Shown: in pieces, positions 1-10,094 of the stretch
Layout: every line of letters starts with the position of its first letter
Numbering within the stretch: position 1 is the first letter of the stretch
DNA from: Minisyncoccota bacterium
GTDB taxonomy: Bacteria > Patescibacteriota > Minisyncoccia > Phycocordibacterales > DSPV01
Length of the DNA stretch: 64,000 nucleotides
NCBI GenBank assembly: GCA_041662545.1
Contig: JBAZSH010000004.1
Span: forward strand, 1,803-65,802
Direction of reading: 5' to 3'
The notes under the pieces: model-generated
The model's input: the letters and a program-made list of their open reading frames with translations, nothing else
Told to the model about the DNA's origin: nothing
Databases searched by the model: none
Program-made: the position numbers and the translations under genes

Positions 1-360
1 AATGACAATCGGTTTCAAACCAAGTTCCAAAGATTTTTTCAAAACGAAACGAGTTTGGGGCATCGGCCCTTCCTGGGCATCAACTAAAATAAGCACGGTA
101 TCGATGGCACGCAAAACTCGTTCCACTTCGGAACTAAAATCGGCGTGACCTGGCGTATCCACGATGTTGATTTTAGTGTCTTTCCAAAAAACAGAAGTGT
201 TCTTGGAATAGATGGTAATACCGCGTTCTTTTTCCAAATCATTAGAATCCATACTGGAAGAAGCATCAGAAAACATCCCTGTCTGACGCATCAAAGCGTC
301 GGTCAAAGTGGTCTTGCCGTGGTCCACATGGGCGATAATGGCTATGTTGCGAATTTCCAT
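1..360 (-). CDS. typA: Translational GTPase TypA/BipA, N-terminal part (runs off window start)
   Basis: Manual translation from ATG at 360: [26 protein letters not shown]...[12 protein letters not shown]...[18 protein letters not shown]...PMPQTRFVL. Not in the ORF track because it is truncated. Confidence 0.9.
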   Translation of the reverse strand, partial: MEIRNIAIIAHVDHGKTTLTDALMRQTGMFSDASSSMDSNDLEKERGITIYSKNTSVFWKDTKINIVDTPGHADFSSEVERVLRAIDTVLILVDAQEGPMPQTRFVLKKSLELGLKPIVI

Positions 361-455
361 CGCCACATTAAAACAAATTTAGTGGCACTTTGTCAAATGG
401 AAGAAGTGGACTTCGCCCTTGCTTTAAGAAAAAAATCGTGTAAAATATAGAAATT

Positions 456-773
456 ATGGAATTTGCAGTTATTCAAACAGGTGGCAAGCAATACAAGGTC
501 TCCGTTGGAGATACGGTTCGCATTGAGAAAATTCCCGGCGAACACAAAAAGGGTGACCAGATCACCTTTGATAAAGTGTTGCTGGTTGATAACGGCAAAG
601 ACACAACTATTGGCACGCCTTTTATCACTGGGGCGAAAGTAGAAGCAGAGTTGGTAGAAATCGGCCGGACAAAAAAAATCATAGTGGTCAAATACAAACC
701 AAAAAGCCGCTACATGATCCGCCAAGGCCACCGTCAGCATTTTTTTAAAGTCAAAATTCTAGCAATCAAATAA
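456..773 (+). CDS. rplU: 50S ribosomal protein L21
   Basis: FAVIQTGGKQYKV...GHRQ signature. Confidence 0.97.
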   Translation: MEFAVIQTGGKQYKVSVGDTVRIEKIPGEHKKGDQITFDKVLLVDNGKDTTIGTPFITGAKVEAELVEIGRTKKIIVVKYKPKSRYMIRQGHRQHFFKVKILAIK

Positions 774-774
774 T

Positions 775-900
775 AGTCAAATTCTTTCTCGGCACAAGTT
801 TTTTGGGAGCACGGATATTTTTTTGCTAAAAAATTCCTCGTGCTCGCCCCAGTCGGGCTCGCAAGCCTCCCAAAAACTTGCGCCTTCAACGAATTTGACT
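775..900 (-). repeat. ~125-nt structured dispersed repeat, copy 1 (reverse orientation)
   Basis: Terminal inverted repeat agtcaaattc/gaatttgact; reverse complement aligns with 45480-45606 and 54520-54643. Confidence 0.9.
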
Positions 901-913
901 TTATGCTACAAAA

Positions 914-1531
914 TTAAGCTCGATTGCGCAGAGCATTTTTTAGAGTGTCAATGTCGGCGTATTCTAGTTCGGCACCGGTGGAAAGGCCGCGACCGAGTAG
1001 GGAAATTTTTATATTGTGTTTTTTCACCAACGGTTCCAGTAGTTTGTGAAGAAAATCAGAAGTGTTTTCGCCTTCGGGGTCAGTATTCGTCGCCAAAATA
1101 ATTTCTTTCAAATTTTCTTTGCTCATTTTTTCCACTGCTTTCAGAAACTCACGACTGCGCAACCGCCGCTCGGGATTTTTTTCTAAAATCGGCAAGGTGC
1201 CACCCAAGACAAAATAGTGGCCAGCGAAAGCGCCACTTTTTTCCATTATTTCTAAATCCACATCTCGACAGACAACCATCAGAACATCGCCGGCGCGATG
1301 TTGGTCACGACAAATATTACAATGGCTTTCTGCCATAGCGCCCCGGGCAAAATAGCGAAAACAAACAGGGCATTGTTTGATGTCCTTTTTTAAATTTTGC
1401 AAAAGCTTAATTAGCTCGTCTATATAGACACCGCCACGCAAAAGCAAGAAAAAAACAAACCGCTTTGCCTGCCGTGGGCCAATGCCGGGGAAACTGCCAA
1501 AAATTTCCGTAAGTTTTTCTATAATCGTCAT
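914..1531 (-). CDS. recR: Recombination protein RecR
   Basis: FPGIGPRQAKR HhH, CxxC...CxxC zinc finger, TOPRIM (EIILATNTDPEGE), ELEYAD. Confidence 0.95.
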   Translation of the reverse strand: MTIIEKLTEIFGSFPGIGPRQAKRFVFFLLLRGGVYIDELIKLLQNLKKDIKQCPVCFRYFARGAMAESHCNICRDQHRAGDVLMVVCRDVDLEIMEKSGAFAGHYFVLGGTLPILEKNPERRLRSREFLKAVEKMSKENLKEIILATNTDPEGENTSDFLHKLLEPLVKKHNIKISLLGRGLSTGAELEYADIDTLKNALRNRA

Positions 1532-1533
1532 AA

Positions 1534-2925
1534 TTAAAAACTTTCATCCTTCGCCAAATCACCGAAGTCGCTTTTGTCCACACTCAAAAATGTCGCCTTC
1601 TTATCGTCAAAATAAAGTTCAACTTTGCCGGTAGGACCATTACGATGCTTCTCAATTAAAATTTCGGCGATATTCGGTTTTTCCGAATTTTCTTTATATT
1701 TATCCTCGCGATGAATAAACATTACCACATCGGCATCTTGTTCAATAGAACCCGAGTCCCTCAAATCAGACAAGCGCGGTTTGCCACCTCGCTGTTCTAC
1801 TGCCCGCGAAAGTTGTGACAAAGCCAAGACCGGCACATCCAATTCCCGCGCCAAGGTTTTCAACGAACGAGAAATTTCCGTCACCTGCTGAACCATATTA
1901 TCACTAGCTCGAGCATTGGTGGGAATCATCAATTGCAAATAATCAACAATAATCAAACTAAGATTTTTTTCCGATTTCAACCGCCGCGCCACTGAACGCA
2001 TTTTTAAAATATTACTACCCGGCTGGTCATCAATAAAAATCGGCGCTTTGGACAAACGATCCAGCGAATCGCGAATCTGTTCAAATTCTGTTTCCGCTGA
2101 CAAACGACCAGTACGCAATTTCCAAGCGTCCACCCTTGCCTCGGACGCCAACATTCGGTCAACCAATTGCTGGGAGCTCATTTCCAAAGAAAAAACGCCT
2201 ACGGTATTTTGGTGATTTATCGCCGTCTGCCGGGCGATATCCAAAGCCAAAGCGGTTTTGCCCATTGATGGTCGCGCCGCCAAAATTATCAAGTCGGATT
2301 TTTGCAAACCTGATAATTTATTATCCAACTCCGGAAAACCTGTCGGCAAACCGCGCAAATTATCTTTGGACTTATGAAGCCGATCCAATCTTTCCCAGGC
2401 CTCGCCCAACGCTTCTTTCAATTCAATAAATTTGTGAGTGAAAGAAGAATTACTAACTTCAAAAATCTGCTTCTCGGCCTTATCCAAAACTTCCGCGATA
2501 TCTTGCGCTTCGTCATAACCCAAAGAAGTGATATTTTCTGCCGCCATAATCAATTGGCGCATCATAAATTTTCTCTGGACAATTTCAGCATAATGCTTGG
2601 CATTGGCGGCAGAAGGCACACTACCCAAAAGTTCGGTTAGATAAAGATTGCCACCGGCTCGTTCCAATAATTCTTTTTCCTTGAGCCGTGAAGCCATAGA
2701 CAACAAATCAATCGGCTGACTTTTGCCGAACAATTCCAACATCGTCTCATAAATTATTTTATGCCGATCGGAATAAAATGATTTGCCACTTACCACATCC
2801 ACCACATCATAAATCACATCGGGACGCGTCATAATAGAACCGAGTAAAGCGCGCTCGGCATCAATATTTTGCGGCGGGATTTTACTAACCGCCGTCAAGA
2901 ATGCTCCGGTAGTCAAATTGTCCAT
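1534..2925 (-). CDS. dnaB: Replicative DNA helicase DnaB
   Basis: PPQNIDAE, AARPSMGKT, IIVDYLQL, LSQLSRAVEQR, DLRDSGSIEQDAD. Confidence 0.97.
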   Translation of the reverse strand: MDNLTTGAFLTAVSKIPPQNIDAERALLGSIMTRPDVIYDVVDVVSGKSFYSDRHKIIYETMLELFGKSQPIDLLSMASRLKEKELLERAGGNLYLTELLGSVPSAANAKHYAEIVQRKFMMRQLIMAAENITSLGYDEAQDIAEVLDKAEKQIFEVSNSSFTHKFIELKEALGEAWERLDRLHKSKDNLRGLPTGFPELDNKLSGLQKSDLIILAARPSMGKTALALDIARQTAINHQNTVGVFSLEMSSQQLVDRMLASEARVDAWKLRTGRLSAETEFEQIRDSLDRLSKAPIFIDDQPGSNILKMRSVARRLKSEKNLSLIIVDYLQLMIPTNARASDNMVQQVTEISRSLKTLARELDVPVLALSQLSRAVEQRGGKPRLSDLRDSGSIEQDADVVMFIHREDKYKENSEKPNIAEILIEKHRNGPTGKVELYFDDKKATFLSVDKSDFGDLAKDESF

Positions 2926-2994
2926 AATCGGATTCTAGCACGCCAATAAAATTGTCAAAAAGAAAATGTGGGTAGAGTGTGGAATTGATGGGGA

Positions 2995-4470
2995 TTATTT
3001 ATGGAGTTCGGGACCAGTCGGCGTGTCTTTAACTTGATAGCCCTTTTGAGCCAACTCTTTACGAATAGTGTCGGCCTTAGCAAAATTTTGTTCGCGCCGC
3101 GCTTCTTCTCGCTCGTCTATTAGCGTCTTAATCGCGCTGGGCCACTTTTCCGGCGAAAGTTGCGACATTTTCATTTCTTTGGAAAGCGCGGCGCGGTCAG
3201 CTAAACCTAAACCAAAAATCTTGTCAAAATAAAGAATGGTTGCTCGTTTATCTTCCTTGGCAAGATTTTTGTCTTTCACTACATCCCAGAGCAAAGCCAA
3301 AGCTTTCGGCGTATCCAGATCATCGCTGATGGCAGCTGAAAATTTTTCGGAATAGTCAGTGTTAATTTTACCAAGCTTGATGCCCCATTCTTCCACTAAA
3401 AGTTTTTTCAGCCGAAACAACGCCTTATCAGCACCTTCTAACACCTCCCAAGTAAAATTGACCGGCGAACGATAGTGGGCACTAAGCAACCATAACCGAT
3501 AGGCAAGTGGCGAGAAGCCGCGACCAGCAATATTTTTCAACGAAACAGTATTGCCCAACGACTTGGAAATTTTCCGGCCTTCAATGGTAATAAATTCATT
3601 GTGCAACCAATAATTGACGAATTTTTTATTGGTCGCCGCTTCCGATTGGGCAATCTCGTTTGGATGATGAGTCCCCAATAAATCAATACCACCGGTATGG
3701 ATATCAAAATGCTTGCCTAAATATTTCATACTCATAGCCGAACACTCAATGTGCCAGCCGGGGAAACCCTTGCCCCAAGGCGAGTTCCAACCAAGATCAT
3801 CGGAAAATTTCCAAAGAGCAAAATCGGCTGGATTAATCTTTTCTGTATTTTCTTCCACTCGCGCTCCCACTTCCAATTGCTGTTGTTTTTTATTACCCAA
3901 CTCACCGTAAGTAGAAAATTTTACCGTATCAAAATACAAACCATCGCTGATTTTGTAACCATAGCCTTTTTCCATCAGGGTTTGAATTAAAGCAATTTGT
4001 TCAGGAATGTGATCAGAGGCAAGCGGAAAAGTCGTGTCTTTAGTATTAACATTAAGGTCTGCCAAATCTTTTTTGAAAGCGCTCAAATAAAAACCACCGA
4101 GGTCGCGCATCGCTTCCAAAGTAATTGGTTTGTTTTCTCGCTTCAATGCTTTGGTCATCTTGTCTTCACCGGCATCACCATCGCTAACCAAATGGCCAAT
4201 ATCGGTAGCATTGATCACTTGTTTTATAATAAATCGGCGTTCTGTAAAAACTCTTTTTAATAAATCAGCAAGTAGAAAAGAACGCAAATTGCCAATATGG
4301 ACAAAATCATAAACCGTCGGACCGCAATGATACATATTTACTTCGCCTTCTTTTATCGGCTTGAAATCTTCTTTCTGCCCAGACAAAGTATTGAAAAACC
4401 TTACCGCGGATAATGGTTGCGGTTCTTTTGCTGTTTTCATAAAAATCTTCCCCCAAAATCCCATATCCAT
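2995..4470 (-). CDS. cysS: Cysteine--tRNA ligase
   Basis: CGPTVYDFVHIGN, PGWHIECSAMS, DIHTGGIDL, KISKSLGN; start may be 4440. Confidence 0.95.
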   Translation of the reverse strand: MDMGFWGKIFMKTAKEPQPLSAVRFFNTLSGQKEDFKPIKEGEVNMYHCGPTVYDFVHIGNLRSFLLADLLKRVFTERRFIIKQVINATDIGHLVSDGDAGEDKMTKALKRENKPITLEAMRDLGGFYLSAFKKDLADLNVNTKDTTFPLASDHIPEQIALIQTLMEKGYGYKISDGLYFDTVKFSTYGELGNKKQQQLEVGARVEENTEKINPADFALWKFSDDLGWNSPWGKGFPGWHIECSAMSMKYLGKHFDIHTGGIDLLGTHHPNEIAQSEAATNKKFVNYWLHNEFITIEGRKISKSLGNTVSLKNIAGRGFSPLAYRLWLLSAHYRSPVNFTWEVLEGADKALFRLKKLLVEEWGIKLGKINTDYSEKFSAAISDDLDTPKALALLWDVVKDKNLAKEDKRATILYFDKIFGLGLADRAALSKEMKMSQLSPEKWPSAIKTLIDEREEARREQNFAKADTIRKELAQKGYQVKDTPTGPELHK

Positions 4471-4536
4471 AGTATAGCGCGCCTTTTAAGAAAGGGGTAT
4501 AATTGGGAAACAATTTAATAATTAGCTAATTTTTCT

Positions 4537-5562
4537 ATGGCAAAAAAAATAAAGGTGGCGATTAATGGTTTTGGTCGGATTGGTCGAGCATTTTTTAAGA
4601 TAGCGGAAAAACGGCCAGAGTTAGAAGTGGTGGCGGTCAATGACTTAGGCGACATTGAAAACTTCGTTTATCTTCTGCGTCACGACACAGTTTATAAAAC
4701 CGAAGGTCTTGAAGTAAAAGCCAAATCGGACAAATCAGCTTTGGTTGTTAATGACCGCGAAATTTTATACTTCAGCGAAAAAGACCCCATAAATTTGCCA
4801 TGGAAAAAATTAGGCATTGATGTGGTGGTGGAAGCCACCGGCTTGTTTACCAGTTTTGAAAAAGCCAAAGTTCATCTAACTGCTGGCGCTAAAAAAGTTG
4901 TCATTTCGGCACCAGCCAAAGACATGCCGAAAGATGACAGCGAAGCCACAGTGCTACTCGGCATTAATGAAGAAAAATTAGCTAAATGTAAAATTTCTTC
5001 AAATGCTTCCTGCACCACCAATGCCGCCAGTCCGGTTATTGCCATTTTGCACGAAGCGCTGGGTATTGAAAAAGCCCTGCTCAACACCGTCCACGCTTAT
5101 ACTGCCAGCCAAGCAATTGTTGATGGCCCAAATAAAAAAGATTTCCGCGAAGGCCGAGCAGCAGCGCAAAATATCGTGCCGTCTTCAACTGGCGCCGCCA
5201 TCGCCGTAACCAAAGCTTTTCCTCAACTTACTGGTTTGTTTGATGGTATTTCGCTCCGCGTGCCAGTGGTAACTGGTTCCATTGCCGACATCACTTTTAT
5301 TTCCAAAAAACAAACTTCCACTGAGGAGGTAAATAAAATTTTGCGAAAGGCAGCTAAAGAAAAAAGGTGGCAGGGGATTTTTGCTGTTAATGAAGACGAG
5401 CCCGTTTCTTCCGACATTGTCGGCGACCAGCACGCTTCCATCGCCGATTTGAAAATGACTCGCGTCGTTGGTGGTAATTTGGTAAAAGTACTTGCCTGGT
5501 ATGACAACGAAATGGGCTACGCTTATACCTTAGTGGAACATGTTATAAAAATCAGCCTATGA
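4537..5562 (+). CDS. gap: Type I glyceraldehyde-3-phosphate dehydrogenase
   Basis: INGFGRIGR, SNASCTTN, WYDNEMGY. Confidence 0.97.
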   Translation: MAKKIKVAINGFGRIGRAFFKIAEKRPELEVVAVNDLGDIENFVYLLRHDTVYKTEGLEVKAKSDKSALVVNDREILYFSEKDPINLPWKKLGIDVVVEATGLFTSFEKAKVHLTAGAKKVVISAPAKDMPKDDSEATVLLGINEEKLAKCKISSNASCTTNAASPVIAILHEALGIEKALLNTVHAYTASQAIVDGPNKKDFREGRAAAQNIVPSSTGAAIAVTKAFPQLTGLFDGISLRVPVVTGSIADITFISKKQTSTEEVNKILRKAAKEKRWQGIFAVNEDEPVSSDIVGDQHASIADLKMTRVVGGNLVKVLAWYDNEMGYAYTLVEHVIKISL

Positions 5563-6044
5563 GAATTTTAATCGCCTCAGATCATGCCGGTTTTGAATTG
5601 AAAAATACTCTTTTCAATTTTTTGAAAGAGAAAAATTTTGAGGTGGTGGATTGCGGGCCGGATAAATTGGACAAGGAAGATGACTATCCTGATTTTGTCG
5701 CGCCAGTGGCGAAAGAAATTTCCACCGACGAAACGGGAAAAACTTTCGGCATTGTCATCGGCGGTTCTGGCCAAGGTGAAGCTATGTGTGCCAACCGTTT
5801 TCCGCGCGTCCGCGCGGTGGTTTTCTATGGGAATCCGGAGAGGTCAGACCTCTCTTCAGATTTGAGGTCTGACCTCATTAAACTCACGCGTCAGCACAAT
5901 AATGCCAATGTTCTAGCGATTGGCGCGAGGTTTGTATCCAAAGAAGAAGCGAAAAAGGCCGTGCTACTTTGGCTAGAAACACCTTTTGGCGGCGAGACAC
6001 GCCATCTCCGTCGGATTGAAAAAATTGATAAATCAGCACTATGA
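5559..6044 (+). CDS. rpiB: Ribose-5-phosphate isomerase B (contains an in-frame palindromic insert)
   Basis: ASDHAGF, DDYPD, GGSGQGE, HNNANVL, RHLRRI. Confidence 0.93.
   Translation: MRILIASDHAGFELKNTLFNFLKEKNFEVVDCGPDKLDKEDDYPDFVAPVAKEISTDETGKTFGIVIGGSGQGEAMCANRFPRVRAVVFYGNPERSDLSSDLRSDLIKLTRQHNNANVLAIGARFVSKEEAKKAVLLWLETPFGGETRHLRRIEKIDKSAL
5838..5877. repeat. REP-like doublet inside rpiB, reverse orientation, encodes ERSDLSSDLRSDL
   Basis: gagaggtcAgacctctc...tgaggtcTgacctca; reverse complement reads AGGTCAGACCTC-AAATCTGAAGAG-AGGTCTGACCTC. Confidence 0.85.
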
Positions 6045-6667
6045 TTGAAATTGTACCGGCAATTTTGCCAAAAAATTTTGAGGACTTTGAAGATTTGGAC
6101 AACAAATTGTCGCGACTTGAAAACCAAGTGGAATTAGCGCAAATTGATATTTGTAATCCAAAGATTTTTGAAAAAACTGGATTGCCCCATTGGCAAAATT
6201 TTGGTTTAGAAGTTGACTTAATGTTTAAAGAAGCGGAAAGAGAAGTTGGTTGGCTCATTGGTCTAAGAACTATCAGATTCATTATCCACCCAAACCTAAG
6301 CCGAATAGAAAAAGTAAAAGAGATGCTGGAAGACTTAAAAGGAGTAGTTTACTTCGGTATCGCTTTGGATTGGCAAAATTCTCTTAAAGATCTAGAACCT
6401 TTTATTGGACTAATTGACACCATACAAGTAATGGGCATAAAAAAAATCGGTTTTCAGGGCGAACCGTTCGAAGAATCAACTATTGACAAAGTGATGACAT
6501 TAAGAAAAAAATACCCCGAACTTGCGATTAGTGTTGATGGGGGAGTAAATTTGGAAAACGCACCACAACTAATTAAAGCTGGCGCAACTCGTTTAGTTAT
6601 TGGCTCAGCGATTTTTGGAAGCGGTGATTTGAAAGCAGTAATAGAAAAATTTAAAAAATTGGGATGA
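6041..6667 (+). CDS. rpe: Ribulose-phosphate 3-epimerase family protein
   Basis: IVPAIL, QVMG..IGFQG, ISVDGGVN, LVIGSAIF; pentose-phosphate cluster context. Confidence 0.85.
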   Translation: MIEIVPAILPKNFEDFEDLDNKLSRLENQVELAQIDICNPKIFEKTGLPHWQNFGLEVDLMFKEAEREVGWLIGLRTIRFIIHPNLSRIEKVKEMLEDLKGVVYFGIALDWQNSLKDLEPFIGLIDTIQVMGIKKIGFQGEPFEESTIDKVMTLRKKYPELAISVDGGVNLENAPQLIKAGATRLVIGSAIFGSGDLKAVIEKFKKLG

Positions 6668-7536
6668 GTATCAGTCAAGAAAAAATTAAACAATTGGAAC
6701 GAAAGGCAAAGGAGATTCGCCGAACGGTGATTGAAGCACTGATGAATGCTGGTTCTGGACATACCGCCGGTCCGTTGGGTATGGCGGATATTTTTGCTTA
6801 TCTTTTTTTTCACGCCTTAAATCACGACCCAAAAAAACCAAACTGGCCCGAGCGCGATCGATTGATTGTTTCCAACGGCCATATTTGTCCGGTGCTTTAC
6901 GCGGCAATGGCTAACACCGGCTATTTTCCGGTAAAGGATTTAATCAACGGCTTGCGAAAATTCGGCTCACCATTTCAAGGCCATCCGCATCGCGATTTTT
7001 TACCAGCATTGGAAACCAGTTCTGGCCCACTCGGTGAAGGATTATCACAGGCGGCAGGCATGGCACTAGCAGAGAGAGCAGATTTCGGAATTCAAGGTCG
7101 AACCTTGGATCTGAAAAAAGGTTCGACCTTTATGTCCAAATTCTTCTTTTGTATTCTCTCCGACGCAGAATTACAAGAAGGTAATATCTGGGAAGCAGTG
7201 ATGCTGGCGGCAAAAGAAAAACTTGGCAATTTAATCGCTATTGTTGACCACAACAAAATTCAAATCGATGGTTGGACCGAAGAAATTATGCCCTTGGAAC
7301 CATTACGAGAAAAGTGGGAGGCCTTCGGCTGGCACACGGCAGAAATTAATGGCCACGATTTTCAAGAATTAGATACGGCAATTTCGGCAGCAAAAATTTT
7401 CCACACCAAACCATCGGTTATTATCGCCCACACCATTGCCGGCAAGGGTGTCAAAGAATTTGAAAATAAACCCGAATGGCACGGCCGCGCACCAAGCAAA
7501 GAGGAAGGGGAGAGGGCATTAAAAGAACTTCAATAG
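6664..7536 (+). CDS. Transketolase N-terminal (TPP-binding) subunit
   Basis: AGSGH, RDRLIVSNGH, QGHP, SGPLGEG, SDAELQEG, HTIAGKG. Confidence 0.93.
   Translation: MSISQEKIKQLERKAKEIRRTVIEALMNAGSGHTAGPLGMADIFAYLFFHALNHDPKKPNWPERDRLIVSNGHICPVLYAAMANTGYFPVKDLINGLRKFGSPFQGHPHRDFLPALETSSGPLGEGLSQAAGMALAERADFGIQGRTLDLKKGSTFMSKFFFCILSDAELQEGNIWEAVMLAAKEKLGNLIAIVDHNKIQIDGWTEEIMPLEPLREKWEAFGWHTAEINGHDFQELDTAISAAKIFHTKPSVIIAHTIAGKGVKEFENKPEWHGRAPSKEEGERALKELQ
7093..7131. repeat. REP-like doublet inside transketolase N-subunit, encodes QGRTLDLKKGSTF
   Basis: caaggtcGaaccttg-gatctgaaa-aaaggttCgaccttt. Confidence 0.8.
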
Positions 7537-7537
7537 T

Positions 7538-7852
7538 ATGGAAATAACCTATCTTTACAAAGATATTCAAAAATTTTTTGATTTTCTTGACAGGGCCACA
7601 GCTTTAAAAACAGTTCGTCTTGTTCAACTGCTTTCAGTGAGAGAATACCATCTAACTATGCCGTATAGTAAAAAGATCGGGAAAAATCTTTATGAGCTTC
7701 GTGTGGTTAATACTCAAAATGTTAGGGTTTTCTATACTTTTCATCAAGAAAAAATTGTCCTTCTTCATGCGGTGTATAAGAAAACTCAAAAACTTAAAAA
7801 GAGAACTTTGGAAATAGTGGGACAGAGACTCCGAAACTTGCAATTAAGATAA
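7538..7852 (+). CDS. Type II TA toxin, RelE/ParE (HigB/Gp49-like) family
   Basis: MPYSKKIGKNLYELRV...VRVFY...IVLLHA.YKKTQK; precedes an HTH gene. Confidence 0.85.
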   Translation: MEITYLYKDIQKFFDFLDRATALKTVRLVQLLSVREYHLTMPYSKKIGKNLYELRVVNTQNVRVFYTFHQEKIVLLHAVYKKTQKLKKRTLEIVGQRLRNLQLR

Positions 7853-7875
7853 CATATATGTTATCATAACCTTAT

Positions 7876-8163
7876 ATGAAAAAGACAAAAATAAAATTAA
7901 TACCGTTTAGCACTATTACACACCAACTTTTAAAAGACCCGGAGTTTAGAAAGGTGTATGAGGAGTCGGCATTTGAGTTTGAGATAATCAAAGCGATTAT
8001 TCGTATTCGGGCGCAGAAAAAATTTACCCAACGAGAACTCGCCAAAAATATCGGGGTCGCTCAATCGTCGCTGGCGCGGTTTGAATCCGGCAGAATTAAT
8101 CCTACTCTTTCATTCCTAAAAAAAGTGACAAGGGGATTGGGATTACGATTGATGGTGAAATAG
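7876..8163 (+). CDS. XRE/HigA-like HTH antitoxin
   Basis: TQRELAKNIGVAQSSLARFESGRINPTL. Confidence 0.85.
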   Translation: MKKTKIKLIPFSTITHQLLKDPEFRKVYEESAFEFEIIKAIIRIRAQKKFTQRELAKNIGVAQSSLARFESGRINPTLSFLKKVTRGLGLRLMVK

Positions 8164-8164
8164 A

Positions 8165-9181
8165 ATGTTTGAATCAAAATCAAAACTAAAATCTACGCGC
8201 GCTGGGTTTGGTGAAGGATTAGTACTGGCTGGGGAAAAAGACGAGCGGGTGGTAGCGCTGACGGCGAATTTGAAAGAGTCGGTTTGTATGAGCGCCTTCG
8301 CCGAAAAATTTCCCGAGCGGTTTTTTGATGTCGGCGTGGCAGAACAAAATTTAGTTGGGGTAGCCAGCGGTTTAGCGGCAATGGATAAAATTCCATTCAT
8401 CGGTTCATTCGCGATTTTTTCACCAGGTAGAAATTGGGAGCAAATCCGCACAACTATTTGCTACAACAATCAGCCGGTAAAAATTGTTGGCTCGCACAGC
8501 GGACTTTCCGCTTCGCTGGACGGCGGCAGCCACCAAATGCTGGAAGACATCGCCTTGACGCGAGTTTTACCAAATATGATTGTCCTCTCGCCCTGCGATG
8601 CCATTGAAGCGAAAAAAATGGTGGTGGCTGCCGCCGAAATTGATAAACCGGTCTACATCCGCCTCTCGCGAGCCGAAACACCAATTATTACCAGCGAAGA
8701 GGCGCCGTTTGAAATTGGGGAGGCAGAAATCATATTTCAGAAAAAAAGGTCAGACCTTTCTGAAAAAAGGTTAAACCTTAAATCTGAAGAAAGGTTTAAC
8801 CTTGAGGAATCCGAAATCGGAATCATTGCCACCGGCACAATGGTTTATAGAGCATTGCTGGCAGCAAAAGAATTAAAAGAAACCGGCATAGGTGTTTCGG
8901 TAATAAATTTATCAACCATCAAACCGCTTGATGAAAAAGCCATCATAAAATTAGCGGGAGAAACGGGCGCGATTGTAACGGTAGAAGAACATCAAATTGC
9001 CGGTGGTATGGGTAGCGCGGTTGCCGAACTTTTAGCAGAAAAATTACCAACACCAATTGAATTCATTGGTGTCCGTGACCAATTTGGCCAAACGGGCAAG
9101 TATGAAGAATTGATAAATCTTTACGGCTTAAATATTTTGCAAATCAAACAAGCTGTCCGACGAGTGTTAAAAAGGAAATAA
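8165..9181 (+). CDS. Transketolase C-terminal subunit
   Basis: FFDVGVAEQN, DGGSHQ, YIRLSR, TVEEHQIAGGMGSAV. Confidence 0.93.
   Translation: MFESKSKLKSTRAGFGEGLVLAGEKDERVVALTANLKESVCMSAFAEKFPERFFDVGVAEQNLVGVASGLAAMDKIPFIGSFAIFSPGRNWEQIRTTICYNNQPVKIVGSHSGLSASLDGGSHQMLEDIALTRVLPNMIVLSPCDAIEAKKMVVAAAEIDKPVYIRLSRAETPIITSEEAPFEIGEAEIIFQKKRSDLSEKRLNLKSEERFNLEESEIGIIATGTMVYRALLAAKELKETGIGVSVINLSTIKPLDEKAIIKLAGETGAIVTVEEHQIAGGMGSAVAELLAEKLPTPIEFIGVRDQFGQTGKYEELINLYGLNILQIKQAVRRVLKRK
8745..8803. repeat. REP-like triplet inside transketolase C-subunit, encodes KRSDLSEKRLNLKSEERFNL
   Basis: aggtcagacct, then aggttaaacctt-aaatctgaagaa-aggtttaacctt. Confidence 0.85.
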
Positions 9182-9194
9182 TTTTGTCTATATA

Positions 9195-10002
9195 TTATTC
9201 GTTAAATACATCAAGAAACTGGGTATCATGAATTTTTTTAACTAGTTTATATGTTTTACTTATTTTTGTTATAGCTTTGATTATGGCATCAACATCTTCT
9301 GAAACAGCCACTATCGCTTCCTCACACCTTTTGTTATCTGCTTCGGAATTTGCCATTTTACGACCTTCGGCCTTAACAGCAGAAGCAAGTTTAAGTAATT
9401 CACCTGTAAAAGCTGTGGAACCGCTCATATCTAGTTCAGTACTGAAACCGGTCTCTGGATCTTTAATTGCGTTTAGGATTGTTGATAGACCTAATGATTT
9501 TTGAGATTTTAATTCATAACTAATGCCGTTTTTAATTGTTGCTATTACAGCAGCGCGATCTCCTCGCATATATCCTTCAATTACTGATGTATTTCCCATT
9601 AAACCGGCTAATTTTTGCTGAATTTCTGTTGACAAATCATTGACTTGATCTTTTACTTCACCAATTAAGTCATAAAAAATTCTCTTTTCTTCATTAAACT
9701 TTCTGCCCCATTCTCTAATTTTTTCTAACTTTTCTTTATCTCCACCAGTTAATTTCTCTAATTCTTTCCATTGTTCCAACATCTGCTTTTTAAGTTTTTG
9801 TAGATGGGCCATATCAGTCACTTTTTTAATCTGTTCTGCTGTGTCTCTAAAATGACGAATGGCTGTTTCAAAAGCAATTTTCTTGGCTTCATCTGTCTCG
9901 CCAAAATCCTTTACAAGTTCAACAAAAATCGCGGTCAAGAGTATCTCTAACCTCTTCTGTGGCTTCTTTTTTTTGGGGGGGCTTATAGCTTTCAGGTTTC
10001 AT
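9195..10002 (-). CDS. Hypothetical helical protein; 5' end appears frameshifted (long ORF 9195-9938, ATG at 10002 one frame off)
   Basis: ATG 10002 gives MKPESYKPPQKKEATEEVRDTLDRDFC*; removing one base joins it to the 247-aa ORF. Confidence 0.55.
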
Positions 10003-10094
10003 ATTTTCAAGTATACCACTCTTAATTTATAGCGCAAACACATCGGAGAGGTCAGGCGCTTGCATAAAAAAATAGGGCTTGTTAAAATGATTTT

